Shown piece by piece: positions 37,056-46,426 of a stretch of 64,000 nucleotides of DNA (the stretch's first letter is position 1; the number at the start of each line of letters is the position of its first letter). Below the pieces are notes generated by a model. That model did not search any database, was not told the DNA's origin, and worked only from the letters and a program-made list of their open reading frames with translations. Location of the stretch: contig JAFXTM010000059.1 in assembly GCA_017535865.1 (NCBI GenBank), positions 40,336 through 104,335 of the forward strand, written 5' to 3'. The DNA is from Oscillospiraceae bacterium. GTDB taxonomy: Bacteria; Bacillota; Clostridia; Oscillospirales; Oscillospiraceae. The position numbers were made by a program, and so were the translations under genes.

Positions 37056-38561
37056 ATGAGCGAGAACAAGGCCGGACAGCCGGAGGAGATCCAGGAGCTG
37101 TCCGAGATCCTGCGCATCCGGCGGGAGAAGCTTAACAACCTCCGGGAGGAGGGGCGCGATCCCTTCCAGAAGACCCGCTTTGAGCGTACGGCCTGGTCCG
37201 AGGAGATCAAGCGCGCTTATGACGAGTTTGCGGAAAAAACCGTTTCCGTCGCGGGGCGCATCATGTCCAAACGCGGCATGGGCAAGGCGATATTCTGTCA
37301 TATCAAGGATGATCGCGGCCAGATCCAGCTCTACATCCGTTCTGATGCGGTGAGCGAGCAGGAGTTCAAAGACTTCCGCAAGTACGATATCGGCGATATC
37401 ATCGGCGTCACCGGCTATGTGTTCAAGACGAAAACGGAGGAGATCTCCGTCCATGTCGAGGCGGTCGAGCTGTTGTCCAAGTCCCTGCGCCCGCTGCCGG
37501 AGAAGTTTCATGGCATGACCAACACCGAACTCAAATATCGCCAGCGTTATCTCGATCTCATCATGAGCGATGAGAGCCGCCGCAATTTTGAAATACGCAG
37601 CCGCTTTATCAGCCATGTCCGCCGCTATCTGGATGAGCGCGGCTACATGGAGGTGGAGACGCCGGTCCTGAACACGATTGCTGGCGGGGCCGCCGCCAGA
37701 CCTTTTATCACGCACCACAACACACTGGATATCGACATGTATCTGCGTATCGCGACCGAGCTGCCGCTCAAGCGGCTGATCGTGGGCGGCATTGAGCGCG
37801 TGTACGAGATCGGGCGCATCTTCCGCAACGAGGGTATGGATACGCGCCACAACCCGGAGTTCACTTCCATTGAACTCTATGAGGCCTATACCGATTTCCA
37901 CGGCATGATGGATATCGCAGAGGGGCTCCTTTCCAGCGCTGCCCGGGAGATCCTGGGGACCTATGAGGTAGAGTGGATGGGCAACACCATCGACCTGAGC
38001 CCCGGCTGGAAGCGTATGACGATGGTGGAGGCGGTCCGGGAATACGTCGGTATCGACTTTGACGCGATCTCCGACGACGCGGAGGCGGTCGCCGCCGCGA
38101 AAGCGAAAGGCGTCGAACTGGCCGAGGCTGCGGAAAAGACCTGGGGCAACGCCCTCTATGCCTGCTTCGATCAGCGGGTGGAGGAGCATCTGATCCAGCC
38201 CACCTTCATCACCATGTATCCGGTGGAGGTTTCGCCGCTCACGAAGCGCAGCCCGATGGATCCGCGCCTGACCGAGCGCTTTGAATTTTTCATCAACGCC
38301 AGCGAGATGGGCAACGCCTATTCCGAGCTGAACGATCCCATCGACCAGCGACGCCGCTTTGAGGCGCAGCTTGCCCAGCGGGAGCGCGGCGATGACGAGA
38401 CCGAGATGCTGGATGAGGATTTCCTCACTGCCATGGAATACGGTATGCCGCCCACGGGCGGCATGGGAATCGGCATCGACCGTGCCGTCATGCTCCTGAC
38501 CGGGAGCAGCTCCATCCGCGACGTCATCCTGTTTCCCACGATGAAACCGGAGAATTACTGA
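37056..38561 (+). CDS. lysS: Lysine--tRNA ligase (class II)
   Basis: RRYLDL...FRNEG...ELNDP...GMGIGIDR motifs; 501 aa. Confidence 0.95.
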   Translation: MSENKAGQPEEIQELSEILRIRREKLNNLREEGRDPFQKTRFERTAWSEEIKRAYDEFAEKTVSVAGRIMSKRGMGKAIFCHIKDDRGQIQLYIRSDAVSEQEFKDFRKYDIGDIIGVTGYVFKTKTEEISVHVEAVELLSKSLRPLPEKFHGMTNTELKYRQRYLDLIMSDESRRNFEIRSRFISHVRRYLDERGYMEVETPVLNTIAGGAAARPFITHHNTLDIDMYLRIATELPLKRLIVGGIERVYEIGRIFRNEGMDTRHNPEFTSIELYEAYTDFHGMMDIAEGLLSSAAREILGTYEVEWMGNTIDLSPGWKRMTMVEAVREYVGIDFDAISDDAEAVAAAKAKGVELAEAAEKTWGNALYACFDQRVEEHLIQPTFITMYPVEVSPLTKRSPMDPRLTERFEFFINASEMGNAYSELNDPIDQRRRFEAQLAQRERGDDETEMLDEDFLTAMEYGMPPTGGMGIGIDRAVMLLTGSSSIRDVILFPTMKPENY

Positions 38562-38567
38562 TAATCC

Positions 38568-38606
38568 GAAAGCACCTTGCCAGACCGCAGGGTGCTTTCC
38601 TTTTCT
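38568..38606 (+). terminator. Rho-independent terminator of greA-lysS
   Basis: Stem gaaagcacc/ggtgctttc followed by cttttc. Confidence 0.75.
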
Positions 38607-38717
38607 GCCGTTGGGCGCCGCTCTCGACACCCCGTGTCCGTTGCCTTGGGCGATCGAGGACGGCTTCTGCGATCTGGATGCCCGGCAGACACGTCTTGAA
38701 AAAACGCGATGCTGTCA

Positions 38718-38746
38718 TTGCGGGAAATGGTGTTCTGTGGTAAGAT
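38718..38746 (+). promoter_or_regulatory. Own promoter for the TIR-like gene
   Basis: TTGCGG, 17 nt, TAAGAT, with TGg extended -10. Confidence 0.4.
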
Positions 38747-38801
38747 AGCTATCATAAATGAACAGATAACGGTTACAGGAAAGAGAAACAAGGGTGATCA
38801 T

Positions 38802-40145
38802 ATGAAAGATAAAGTATTCATCGTGTGGTCCGGCGACTCGTCGGTCGCGCAGAAGGTGAAAAACAGGCTGGAGGGAAACCACAATTACATCTGCCTGATC
38901 GGCGGCGGATTTGGGACACAGGTACAGGCGATGTCTGTCGGAGATACCGTGATCAAGCAAATGAATCTCTGCAATCAGGCCATTGTCCTTTTCCAGAACA
39001 GGCAGACCGGCACGGTGAGCGATAATCTTTTCTTCGAGTTGGGATATGTTGCCGCCTCCTACGGGTGGAAAAAGATCCATTGCATCAGCAGAAAAGGCGA
39101 AAGCATTCTCCTTCCCTCGGATTTTGACAATTCCTTTGTAGAAGCGATCGAGGGGAAAACGGATGATGAATTTGCCGATAATATCGTTGCGTTCTTTTTG
39201 AAGCGGCAAAGACTGTCTTTGGTCGTCAATAAGATGCAGCTGATCAGTAATCGGCATATCATGCATGACATCATCCAGGCGCATTATTCCGAAATGGGCT
39301 CCAAGTGCTCCGACTATGAACTGGCGCAGTATATCCTGTTCTATATGCAGGCGGCGGTCATGTTTCAGGATGAGCCGAAAGTGCTGGAAGAACTCCGGGA
39401 TTTTAAGCGGAAACACAACATGGAATTCTCAAAAGAGATCACGATCGCCGTGAATCTGAGCGTTGCCTTGCTTGAGGTTCAGGTCGGATTGAAAAACGAC
39501 GGCGGTACGGTCTTTCTGGATGAACCGGCTTTTCGAAAGTATTATAACGCCTGCCGGAACATCCTGGATGAGATCGAAGAGGATGCTTCCGGGACCTTCG
39601 ATGAATGGGCAAAGACATTCGCTTCCGAGAATATCGCCTACGCCTGCTGCCACTACGCGGAGAATCCGGGCATATCGGACAGCATGAGAGCAAGCCTCTA
39701 TGAGAGAACGATAAAATACGGCAAGGAAGCCCTGGTCCACATTGAACAGCTGGAAGCGAATACACCGACAAACGAGAACAACGACAGCACAGGCTTGATT
39801 TCCCTGTTCAAGGCGTACGTCTATCGGCACCTGTTCCTCGCCTGCAGATCGATCTGCCGTGAAGAGGCGGGAGAATGGCTGAACAAAGCGCTGAAAGAGA
39901 GAGCGCAGCTTGTCCGGAACTACAACGATTATGCTGTCGATTCAAAATTGTATATGAATTTTGAAATGGAGTATTATCTGATCCTTATAGAGTATCTGAA
40001 CTACTACGGCAGAGACGGGATGGACCCCTTCGACTTTGAAATGAGCTTATCCGAAATCGATGAGTTTATTGCCAAGACCGAACGGAACAATTCGGTCCAT
40101 GTATTCATGAAAGCCATATCGGAACAGAGGAAATCCTTTGAATAG
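38802..40145 (+). CDS. TIR-like (CAP12/PF10137-type) nucleotide-binding domain fused to a C-terminal all-helical domain of about 300 aa; function unknown, candidate defence/NADase effector
   Basis: ATG 38802 follows SD aagggtga. The N-terminal 115 aa follow the PF10137 pattern: KVFIVWSGD...AIVLF...NLFFELGYVAA...KKIHCIS...LLPSDFDN. The conserved Glu (E79) is encoded at 39036-39038. No P-loop and no TM helix. The gene looks more AT-rich than its neighbours. Confidence 0.6.
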   Translation: MKDKVFIVWSGDSSVAQKVKNRLEGNHNYICLIGGGFGTQVQAMSVGDTVIKQMNLCNQAIVLFQNRQTGTVSDNLFFELGYVAASYGWKKIHCISRKGESILLPSDFDNSFVEAIEGKTDDEFADNIVAFFLKRQRLSLVVNKMQLISNRHIMHDIIQAHYSEMGSKCSDYELAQYILFYMQAAVMFQDEPKVLEELRDFKRKHNMEFSKEITIAVNLSVALLEVQVGLKNDGGTVFLDEPAFRKYYNACRNILDEIEEDASGTFDEWAKTFASENIAYACCHYAENPGISDSMRASLYERTIKYGKEALVHIEQLEANTPTNENNDSTGLISLFKAYVYRHLFLACRSICREEAGEWLNKALKERAQLVRNYNDYAVDSKLYMNFEMEYYLILIEYLNYYGRDGMDPFDFEMSLSEIDEFIAKTERNNSVHVFMKAISEQRKSFE

Positions 40146-40179
40146 GACAGCGTTCAGCAGCGTCTGAGCGCAAGGAATG

Positions 40180-40215
40180 CATCGGGCCCACTGAAATTTT
40201 TCGGTGGGCCCGATG
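40180..40215 (+). terminator. 12-bp GC-rich hairpin downstream of the TIR-like gene (no clean T-run)
   Basis: catcgggcccac-tgaaatttttcg-gtgggcccgatg. Confidence 0.45.
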
Positions 40216-40330
40216 GAAAAGAAAAGAGATGCCGATAGATCATACCGTTGAGACCTGCACTGATCGGCATACCGGCGGTCCGCATAAGCGGGGGCGCTGC
40301 CTCAATGGGAGCCACAAAGGGTAAGACATC

Positions 40331-41356
40331 ATGAAACGAACCTCAAAACATAACAGGACCCGAGGGCGGTCGATCCTTTTTTTTGTTCTTTTGCTTCTTG
40401 TACTCGCCGTCCTCCTGCTGCTGCGCCTCGGGCAAGAAAGGGTGAAAGCGGCGCCTGAGATATCGCCGTTTTCTTATGCGGTCCCGTCATCGGCGCCGGT
40501 CGGGACGGAGGCGCCGCCGGAAACGACGGTCAACGCTGAGACGGAGAAAGCAGCGTCGGGCACGGAACAGGAGCCGAAACCGGAGCCGGAGCCGAGAAAA
40601 ACGGGCCGGGCCGGAAGCGGCTATAATGCTGCGACGTATCAGCTCGTGAGCGATATGATCTATATCCGCCGCACCGACGCGCCGGACGGCGACGCACAGA
40701 TTCGCGCGCTGGAACAGCAGCTTCGGGAGGCGGACCCGGAACTGGGCGAGGCTTGGACCGGCATCATGGACTACTGGGAATACGCGAACCGGGAGATGCC
40801 GATCAACACCTCTCTTCCCGATGACCTTCCGCAGGACGACAGCCTCTGCCTGGTCGTGCTCGGTTTCCAGCTCCTCTATGATGGAGACATGGCGCCAGAG
40901 CTGCTCGGCCGCTGTGAACTCGCGCTGCAGTGTGCACGGCAGTACCCGAACGCCTATATCGCCGTGACGGGCGGCGGAACGGCAGGCAAGGACAAGAGCA
41001 TTACTGAGGCGGGCGTGATGGCTGACTGGTTTATCGCGCAGGGGATCGCCCCGGAAAGGATCATCCGGGAGGACGCTTCTCTTACGACGGACCAAAATGC
41101 GATCAACACCTGTGCGATCCTGATTCGCGACTATCCGCAGGTCAGACAGCTTGCAATCATTTCGAGCGACTATCATCTTCCGCTCGGCTGTACGATGTTT
41201 ACCGAGGCGGCGCTTCTCTGCGGCTTTTATCTCGGCGAGGTGCCCTATACGGTCGTCTCCAACGCAGCCTGGGCGACGAATGGCAGCACAATTGGTTACA
41301 AAGGAATGAAAAATCAAGCCTCCTATGTCTGGATCATGGCGGATCCGAAATATTGA
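40331..41356 (+). CDS. YdcF/DUF218-family membrane-anchored protein
   Basis: TM anchor, a Pro/Glu-rich linker, then the DUF218 core CLVVLGFQL...GRCELAL...IAVTGGG...EAGVMADW...TDQNA...IISSDYH. Confidence 0.75.
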   Translation: MKRTSKHNRTRGRSILFFVLLLLVLAVLLLLRLGQERVKAAPEISPFSYAVPSSAPVGTEAPPETTVNAETEKAASGTEQEPKPEPEPRKTGRAGSGYNAATYQLVSDMIYIRRTDAPDGDAQIRALEQQLREADPELGEAWTGIMDYWEYANREMPINTSLPDDLPQDDSLCLVVLGFQLLYDGDMAPELLGRCELALQCARQYPNAYIAVTGGGTAGKDKSITEAGVMADWFIAQGIAPERIIREDASLTTDQNAINTCAILIRDYPQVRQLAIISSDYHLPLGCTMFTEAALLCGFYLGEVPYTVVSNAAWATNGSTIGYKGMKNQASYVWIMADPKY

Positions 41357-41497
41357 GCCGCATCATTAAAAATGCCGATTCTCTTACAATTCATAGAGGG
41401 GAGGGCAACAAAGAAAAAATGATTAATAAACAAAAAGTAACTTTTTTGTAACCTTTTGTATACCTTTTGACGTTCTTACGTAAAACATGAAAAACGG

Positions 41498-41526
41498 TTG
41501 ACAAATAAAGCCCGCACGAGTAAAAT
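41498..41526 (+). promoter_or_regulatory. Consensus sigma-A promoter for the giant surface-protein gene (leader of about 285 nt)
   Basis: TTGACA (41498-41503), 17 nt, TAAAAT (41521-41526). Confidence 0.5.
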
Positions 41527-41814
41527 GTCATTAAGTATATAGGTGTTATTATGTCGATTTATTGGTTGTATCACCCTATAGGCGGGAAGTTCTCGCCTGG
41601 CAATATGCCGGAAAGAAGCGTTTTCGGCTCGCCGAATGGAATGAATTTGCATTTCGCTGACGTAATATTCCTATTATATTATTCTATATGCTTTTCTTTT
41701 GAAAGAAAACGCGAAAAGGGCGCTATTGATCCCGCTTGCGGGTTTGATAGATAGATACACGTAAATTTGCAGTGACCAGGGAGCCTGTTCGCTGCAGTAA
41801 TGGAGGCAAAGCTT

Positions 41815-44800
41815 ATGAAACAGATGAAGAAGACACTGTCGCTTCTCCTGGCGCTGGTCATGCTTCTCTCTTTGGGCTCGACGGCTTTGGCCGGCGAGGT
41901 CGAGGAGCAGGTGCCCGTCGTTGTGGAGGAGCAGCAGCCTGTCGTCGTCGAGGAGGCGCCCCCCGTTGTGGAGGAGCCGCCCGTCGTCGAGGAGGCGACC
42001 CCTGTCGTTGAGGAGCAGCCCGTCGTCGAGCCTGTGCCCGTTGAGGAGCCCGCGCCCGTCGTCGAGGAGCCCCCTGTTGTGGTAAACGCGATCGTCAATC
42101 AGCCGGAAGACCTTGCCGTGTGCAACGGTGAGGAGGCTGTCTTCTCCGTCGCGGTTTCTGGCAGTGCGACCTTCCAGTGGCAGTACTGCAAGGACGGCCG
42201 CACATGGAAGAACCTCAACGTCAGCCGCTATGGCAACGGCCCCGAGCTTCACTTTAACGCGGCTCTGTCCTACAACGGCTATCGTTATCGCGCTGTGGTC
42301 ACCTTTGCCGACGGCGAGGTCGTGACGACCAAGGCCGCCGTGCTGAAGGTCGCCGCTGCGAAGATCACGGTCCAGCCGCAGGACGTCACCGTGGCCCCGG
42401 GCGAGAACGCTGTTTTCTCGGTCAAGGCGAGCGGCTCCGTGAAGTCCTACCGCTGGCAGTACTCCAAGGACGGCGGTAACACCTGGACCTATCTGAGCCT
42501 CAAGAACTATCCCGCCAAGAGCACCCTTACCGTGGCCGGCAAGGAGGCCTTCAGCGGCCGCCTGTTCCGGGTGGTCATTACCGCGGCGGATAATTCGAAG
42601 CTGATCTCGAACGCGGTGATGCTCACCGTGGCCGAGCCGACGCCGGAACTGCCGGAAGCTCCTGCACTGGTGGAGATGCCGGCGCGTACGCTGAAAGCGG
42701 CCCCGCGGCGCGGACCTGCCTCTGAGGTCGGCGTTGAGGTCGACGCGCCCGCCGGCGCCCTGCCCGTAGATGCGGAGCTGAGCGTGGCCCCGGTCGATGT
42801 GGCCGAGTGTGAGGAGCTCACCAAGGCTCTCCTGGGCGACGAGATCGAGATCGGCTATGCCGTGGACATCAGCTTCTCCACGCCGGCCGACGGCGAGATT
42901 GAGCCTGTCCAGGGCAATCCCGTCATCGTTTATCTGACGGTGCCCGGCCTGGCTGAGCGCGAGGGTCTCCTTCAGATCGTTCACATCTCCGACTCGGGCA
43001 ACGCCACGCGTATGGCGCTCGTTCCGGAGAGCGAGCTGCCGCGTCCTCTCGGTGAGAACGAGATCGCCATCAAGTCCGATGAGTTCTCCACCTACGTCCT
43101 GACTTGGACCGCCGGAAGCGAAGAGCAGTCCGCCACGATCCACTGGGGCACGTATGATGGGGACGAGTTCACAGAACTGGAGACTCCCACGACGATTGAC
43201 TCCACTGCATCTTCCGTGGATGTCAATGTCATTATTGACGCATCAAAGTATTACTTTGTCGCGGCCGAGTATAAGCTGACTGCGGATGCGGAAGAGTCTG
43301 AGATCCTGAAATCCACTGTCCTCAAGAAGGTGGACGGTGTCTGGCAGGTCACCCTTGAGTCCGGTACGGTTGCTTTGGCAGACGGAAGCCATATCTTCGT
43401 CAACTATGCTGAAATCGGATCGGGTGGCTATGTGCCCCCGTCTCCGCCTCCGCAGGATGTCCTGCCTCCGGAGACCGAAAAGACCGTTACGAGGAATGCG
43501 GATGGCACTTATACCGTTCAGCTGGATATTACCGGTCATGAGGATGAGAACATCACGCAGATCGGCGCCAACGTCGTCATCGTGATGGACATCACGCAGA
43601 GTATGACGAACGGTATGCCCGGCGGCGGTGGTTCACGTATGGCGGCGGCGAAGAGTGCGCTGAGCACGCTGATCACTACCTTGGATCCCGACAAAAACCT
43701 GATCAACTTTACCGCGGTGAACTTCGGCGTTAGCCAGAACGGGGCGACTCTGGCCCGCGACTGGACCACGCAAACATCCCAGATGAATGCATATGTGTCC
43801 GGCCTTCCCAACAATCCGAATGATTATGGCACCAACTGGAGGGCTGGTTTGGAGGGCGGCCAATCGCGTGTTCAGAACGCCAATAGCTCGGCGACGCTTA
43901 GTAAGAACGAGACCTACGTTATTTTCGTGACGGACGGCAACCCGAACTGCTATACAGACGACAGAGGCAGATGGCACCCATCGAGCGGCCCGAACTTTGA
44001 CCAGGGCGCTTATAACGCTTCTGTCAATGCTGCGAACTGGCTTGGTAGTAACAGCCATTTCTACGGTGTGTTCGTTGGTGACGCAGACGGTTATGATCAT
44101 CTGGAGGACCTGATCACCAACGCTCATGGTGTGGAAACCATCAACGGCACCGATACCGAGGAACTTAAAGCGGCCTTCGGCTCAATCGCCCAGACCATCG
44201 TGGACAACCTCGGCGCCGGAAGTGTTGTCGTTGACGACGGTATCCCGACCCTCTCCAATGTCAGTGCTAACGTCTCTGCCGGTGAAGCGGGTGGCTTTGA
44301 GTACTACATCACGCCGAAGAACGGCACACAGACCGAATGGACCGACCATCCCGGCGCAACCTACAGCAACAGCAACGGCGTCACCTGGAACCTGAGCGAG
44401 GCCGGCACCCTGAAGGACGGATGGGTCTATACCCTGAAGTTCAAGGTGTGGCCCAGTCAGGCAGCGTATGACCTGATCGCCGACCTGAACAACGGCCTGG
44501 TGAGTTTTGATGATCTTCCCGAAGAGCAGCAGGCTGCCGTGGAAGGCAACATTAACGACGGCTATACGCTGAAGACCAATACGCATCTGTATACCACCTT
44601 TAAAGATCTGGATGGAAATGAGTATCGGGATGTCTTGGATGCGAAAGCCAAAGCTATGCCGTTGCCCACCACTACCATCAAAGTGGTAAAGTATTGGAAC
44701 AACGATCTGGATGACAAAGAAGCGATTGCAAATGCGTCGATTATTGTTACCAAGGATGGCGACGATTACGAAACCGTAAATCTTGGAAGTGTTACTCAGA

Positions 44801-46410
44801 TCGGTCCCCATAGGTGGAAACAGACGCCCAACGTTGAGATCTATATCTCTATGGGTCAGTTGACGCTGGATACGGAGACGGATGAGATCAACGTCATTTC
44901 TTCCGGACATGACTACTCTGTCAAAGAACCGATCGAATACTCTTACAACTGGTGGCTGACCGCTGACACCTATCATCCCATGCTTGTGAATGGCGAGCCC
45001 ACTGTTCTGATCAAGGTTAGGGATGCGGATTTGGCCAGCGCGCCCAGCTTGAATGACAATGAGCATGTTACAAGCGGAGGCAAGGACTACTATAAGTTCA
45101 ATGGCACTCTTTATGTTGCGCAGGATGCGGACGAGAACCTCCTGGAGGCTACCAACGACCGCCGCAGCAACCTGAACGTGACCAAGGTTGTGACGGGTGA
45201 GAACGCCCCCGCCGATGCATACTTTACTTACAGTATTACTGTTACGGATTTCGAGGGTGAGGATGTCTGGTTCTCTGTTGCCACTGATACGACCGGTGCT
45301 ACTCTTGTAATGGATGAGGGTATCGCTACCGGTGCTACGCGTGAGGTGAAGAACGGTCAGGCAACCGGGTACTGGTACTTCGCCAGCGGCGGGACGGCTA
45401 CCGTCAAGATCAAGGCTGGGCAGAACATCCGTATCATGAACCTTCCCAATGATTCGACATACGAAATCGTAGAGGTTGAGGATTCCATGGAGCCCGGCTG
45501 GGTGTTTACCGAGGCGGAGTCTTCCATCGTTTCGGATTATCAGGCTACGCCCGCATCGATCGATGGTTCTACCGCTTCCGGTACCATTGACATGGCCAAC
45601 ACGAAGTACATCGTGACCTACACCAACGAGTATCTCGGCGTGTTCTATGTGTACCACTCCAGCAACTGCGCCGTGGAGCAGATCCCGATGTCGACAGGTG
45701 GCGTTGCGTACAGCGCGTCCAATCCCTTCAACATCTTTGCCAAGACCTATGAGGGCACGCTCTACGGCGGCTACTACAGCGACTACGCGGGCAAGAGCAG
45801 CGGCTTCGACGCGGCGGCTCTGACGTACACGGACGGTCTTGGCTCCGATGCGGACGGCACGCCTTACAGCCTCGCCTACATCAAGGAAAGCAGCAAGGCT
45901 GCCTGGTCGTCTTCGGCGGCCTACGGTGTGGATGGCACGGCCATAACGCCTGTCAAGGATACGGTCTACTTCCTCAAGGAGGTCCCGACCGCGTACCTGC
46001 AGCCCTACACCTACTTCACCTACTACAAAGCGGCACCCCAAAATATCGCTGCTCTGTGGACGATCTCCGCGCTGGACGACCTGAACTACACCGGCGCTGG
46101 CTTCTACATTCAGAATGTACAGACCGGGACGACCAACGTGGTCTCCTCGCTGAGCATCAAGGCTGCGAACAGCACGACGACGGTCAAGCTGACTGCCAGC
46201 AAGTGCTTCGGTCTCAAACAGGGCATTCTGGACGGCTATCTGAGCTACGTCAAGATCAACGATATGATCGGATCGAAGATCAACATTTGGCAGTACTGGA
46301 CGACCCCGGATGGTATCGAGGTCTGCGGCATTGTTCAGCGTGAGCTTGACACGACCAGCGGAACGAAGGCGAGTGTCGGTTACAACGACACGGCCTATCC
46401 CGGGACCTGA
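41815..46410 (+). CDS. Giant secreted VWA-domain, pilin/Cna-B-like surface protein (1531 aa) lacking an LPXTG sorting signal
   Basis: ATG 41815 lies 8 nt after SD ggagg. Signal peptide (LLALVMLLSLGSTALA), P-V-V-E-E repeats, and two Ig-like modules with the FSV.xSGS...WQYxKDG..W motif. VWA with MIDAS residues (VVIVMDITQSM...GTNW...FVTDGNPN). Pilin-like modules (LNVTKVVTGENAP; LPNDSTYEIVEVED). The C-terminus ...YNDTAYPGT has no LPXTG or hydrophobic tail. Confidence 0.75.
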   Translation: MKQMKKTLSLLLALVMLLSLGSTALAGEVEEQVPVVVEEQQPVVVEEAPPVVEEPPVVEEATPVVEEQPVVEPVPVEEPAPVVEEPPVVVNAIVNQPEDLAVCNGEEAVFSVAVSGSATFQWQYCKDGRTWKNLNVSRYGNGPELHFNAALSYNGYRYRAVVTFADGEVVTTKAAVLKVAAAKITVQPQDVTVAPGENAVFSVKASGSVKSYRWQYSKDGGNTWTYLSLKNYPAKSTLTVAGKEAFSGRLFRVVITAADNSKLISNAVMLTVAEPTPELPEAPALVEMPARTLKAAPRRGPASEVGVEVDAPAGALPVDAELSVAPVDVAECEELTKALLGDEIEIGYAVDISFSTPADGEIEPVQGNPVIVYLTVPGLAEREGLLQIVHISDSGNATRMALVPESELPRPLGENEIAIKSDEFSTYVLTWTAGSEEQSATIHWGTYDGDEFTELETPTTIDSTASSVDVNVIIDASKYYFVAAEYKLTADAEESEILKSTVLKKVDGVWQVTLESGTVALADGSHIFVNYAEIGSGGYVPPSPPPQDVLPPETEKTVTRNADGTYTVQLDITGHEDENITQIGANVVIVMDITQSMTNGMPGGGGSRMAAAKSALSTLITTLDPDKNLINFTAVNFGVSQNGATLARDWTTQTSQMNAYVSGLPNNPNDYGTNWRAGLEGGQSRVQNANSSATLSKNETYVIFVTDGNPNCYTDDRGRWHPSSGPNFDQGAYNASVNAANWLGSNSHFYGVFVGDADGYDHLEDLITNAHGVETINGTDTEELKAAFGSIAQTIVDNLGAGSVVVDDGIPTLSNVSANVSAGEAGGFEYYITPKNGTQTEWTDHPGATYSNSNGVTWNLSEAGTLKDGWVYTLKFKVWPSQAAYDLIADLNNGLVSFDDLPEEQQAAVEGNINDGYTLKTNTHLYTTFKDLDGNEYRDVLDAKAKAMPLPTTTIKVVKYWNNDLDDKEAIANASIIVTKDGDDYETVNLGSVTQIGPHRWKQTPNVEIYISMGQLTLDTETDEINVISSGHDYSVKEPIEYSYNWWLTADTYHPMLVNGEPTVLIKVRDADLASAPSLNDNEHVTSGGKDYYKFNGTLYVAQDADENLLEATNDRRSNLNVTKVVTGENAPADAYFTYSITVTDFEGEDVWFSVATDTTGATLVMDEGIATGATREVKNGQATGYWYFASGGTATVKIKAGQNIRIMNLPNDSTYEIVEVEDSMEPGWVFTEAESSIVSDYQATPASIDGSTASGTIDMANTKYIVTYTNEYLGVFYVYHSSNCAVEQIPMSTGGVAYSASNPFNIFAKTYEGTLYGGYYSDYAGKSSGFDAAALTYTDGLGSDADGTPYSLAYIKESSKAAWSSSAAYGVDGTAITPVKDTVYFLKEVPTAYLQPYTYFTYYKAAPQNIAALWTISALDDLNYTGAGFYIQNVQTGTTNVVSSLSIKAANSTTTVKLTASKCFGLKQGILDGYLSYVKINDMIGSKINIWQYWTTPDGIEVCGIVQRELDTTSGTKASVGYNDTAYPGT
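41896..42082 (+). repeat. Imperfect tandem coding repeat (about 15-18 nt units, gtcgtcgaggag-like) encoding (P)VVVEE(x)P units
   Basis: The translation reads EEQVPVVVEEQQPVVVEEAPPVVEEPPVVEEATPVVEEQPVVEPVPVEEPAPVVEEPPVV. Confidence 0.8.
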
Positions 46411-46426
46411 AAGGAGATGGACGATA

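Noticed and set aside
38562-40330. A mobile element (integrase, transposase, att-like direct repeats) carrying the TIR-like gene.
   Set aside because: No recombinase ORF is present, and I saw no flanking direct or inverted repeats in the 240-nt and 185-nt flanks. Only compositional deviation suggests foreign origin.
41551-41754. 67-aa ORF in the long leader upstream of the adhesin gene.
   Set aside because: It has no Shine-Dalgarno sequence and an odd composition, and it lies in an AT-rich promoter/leader region. It is most likely non-coding, and the region is better described as a 5' UTR.
41896-42082. Short tandem DNA repeats that might be mistaken for a CRISPR array or a VNTR locus.
   Set aside because: The units are about 15-18 nt, imperfect, contiguous with no spacers, and lie in frame inside the adhesin ORF, where they encode PVVEE repeats. 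No cas genes are present.
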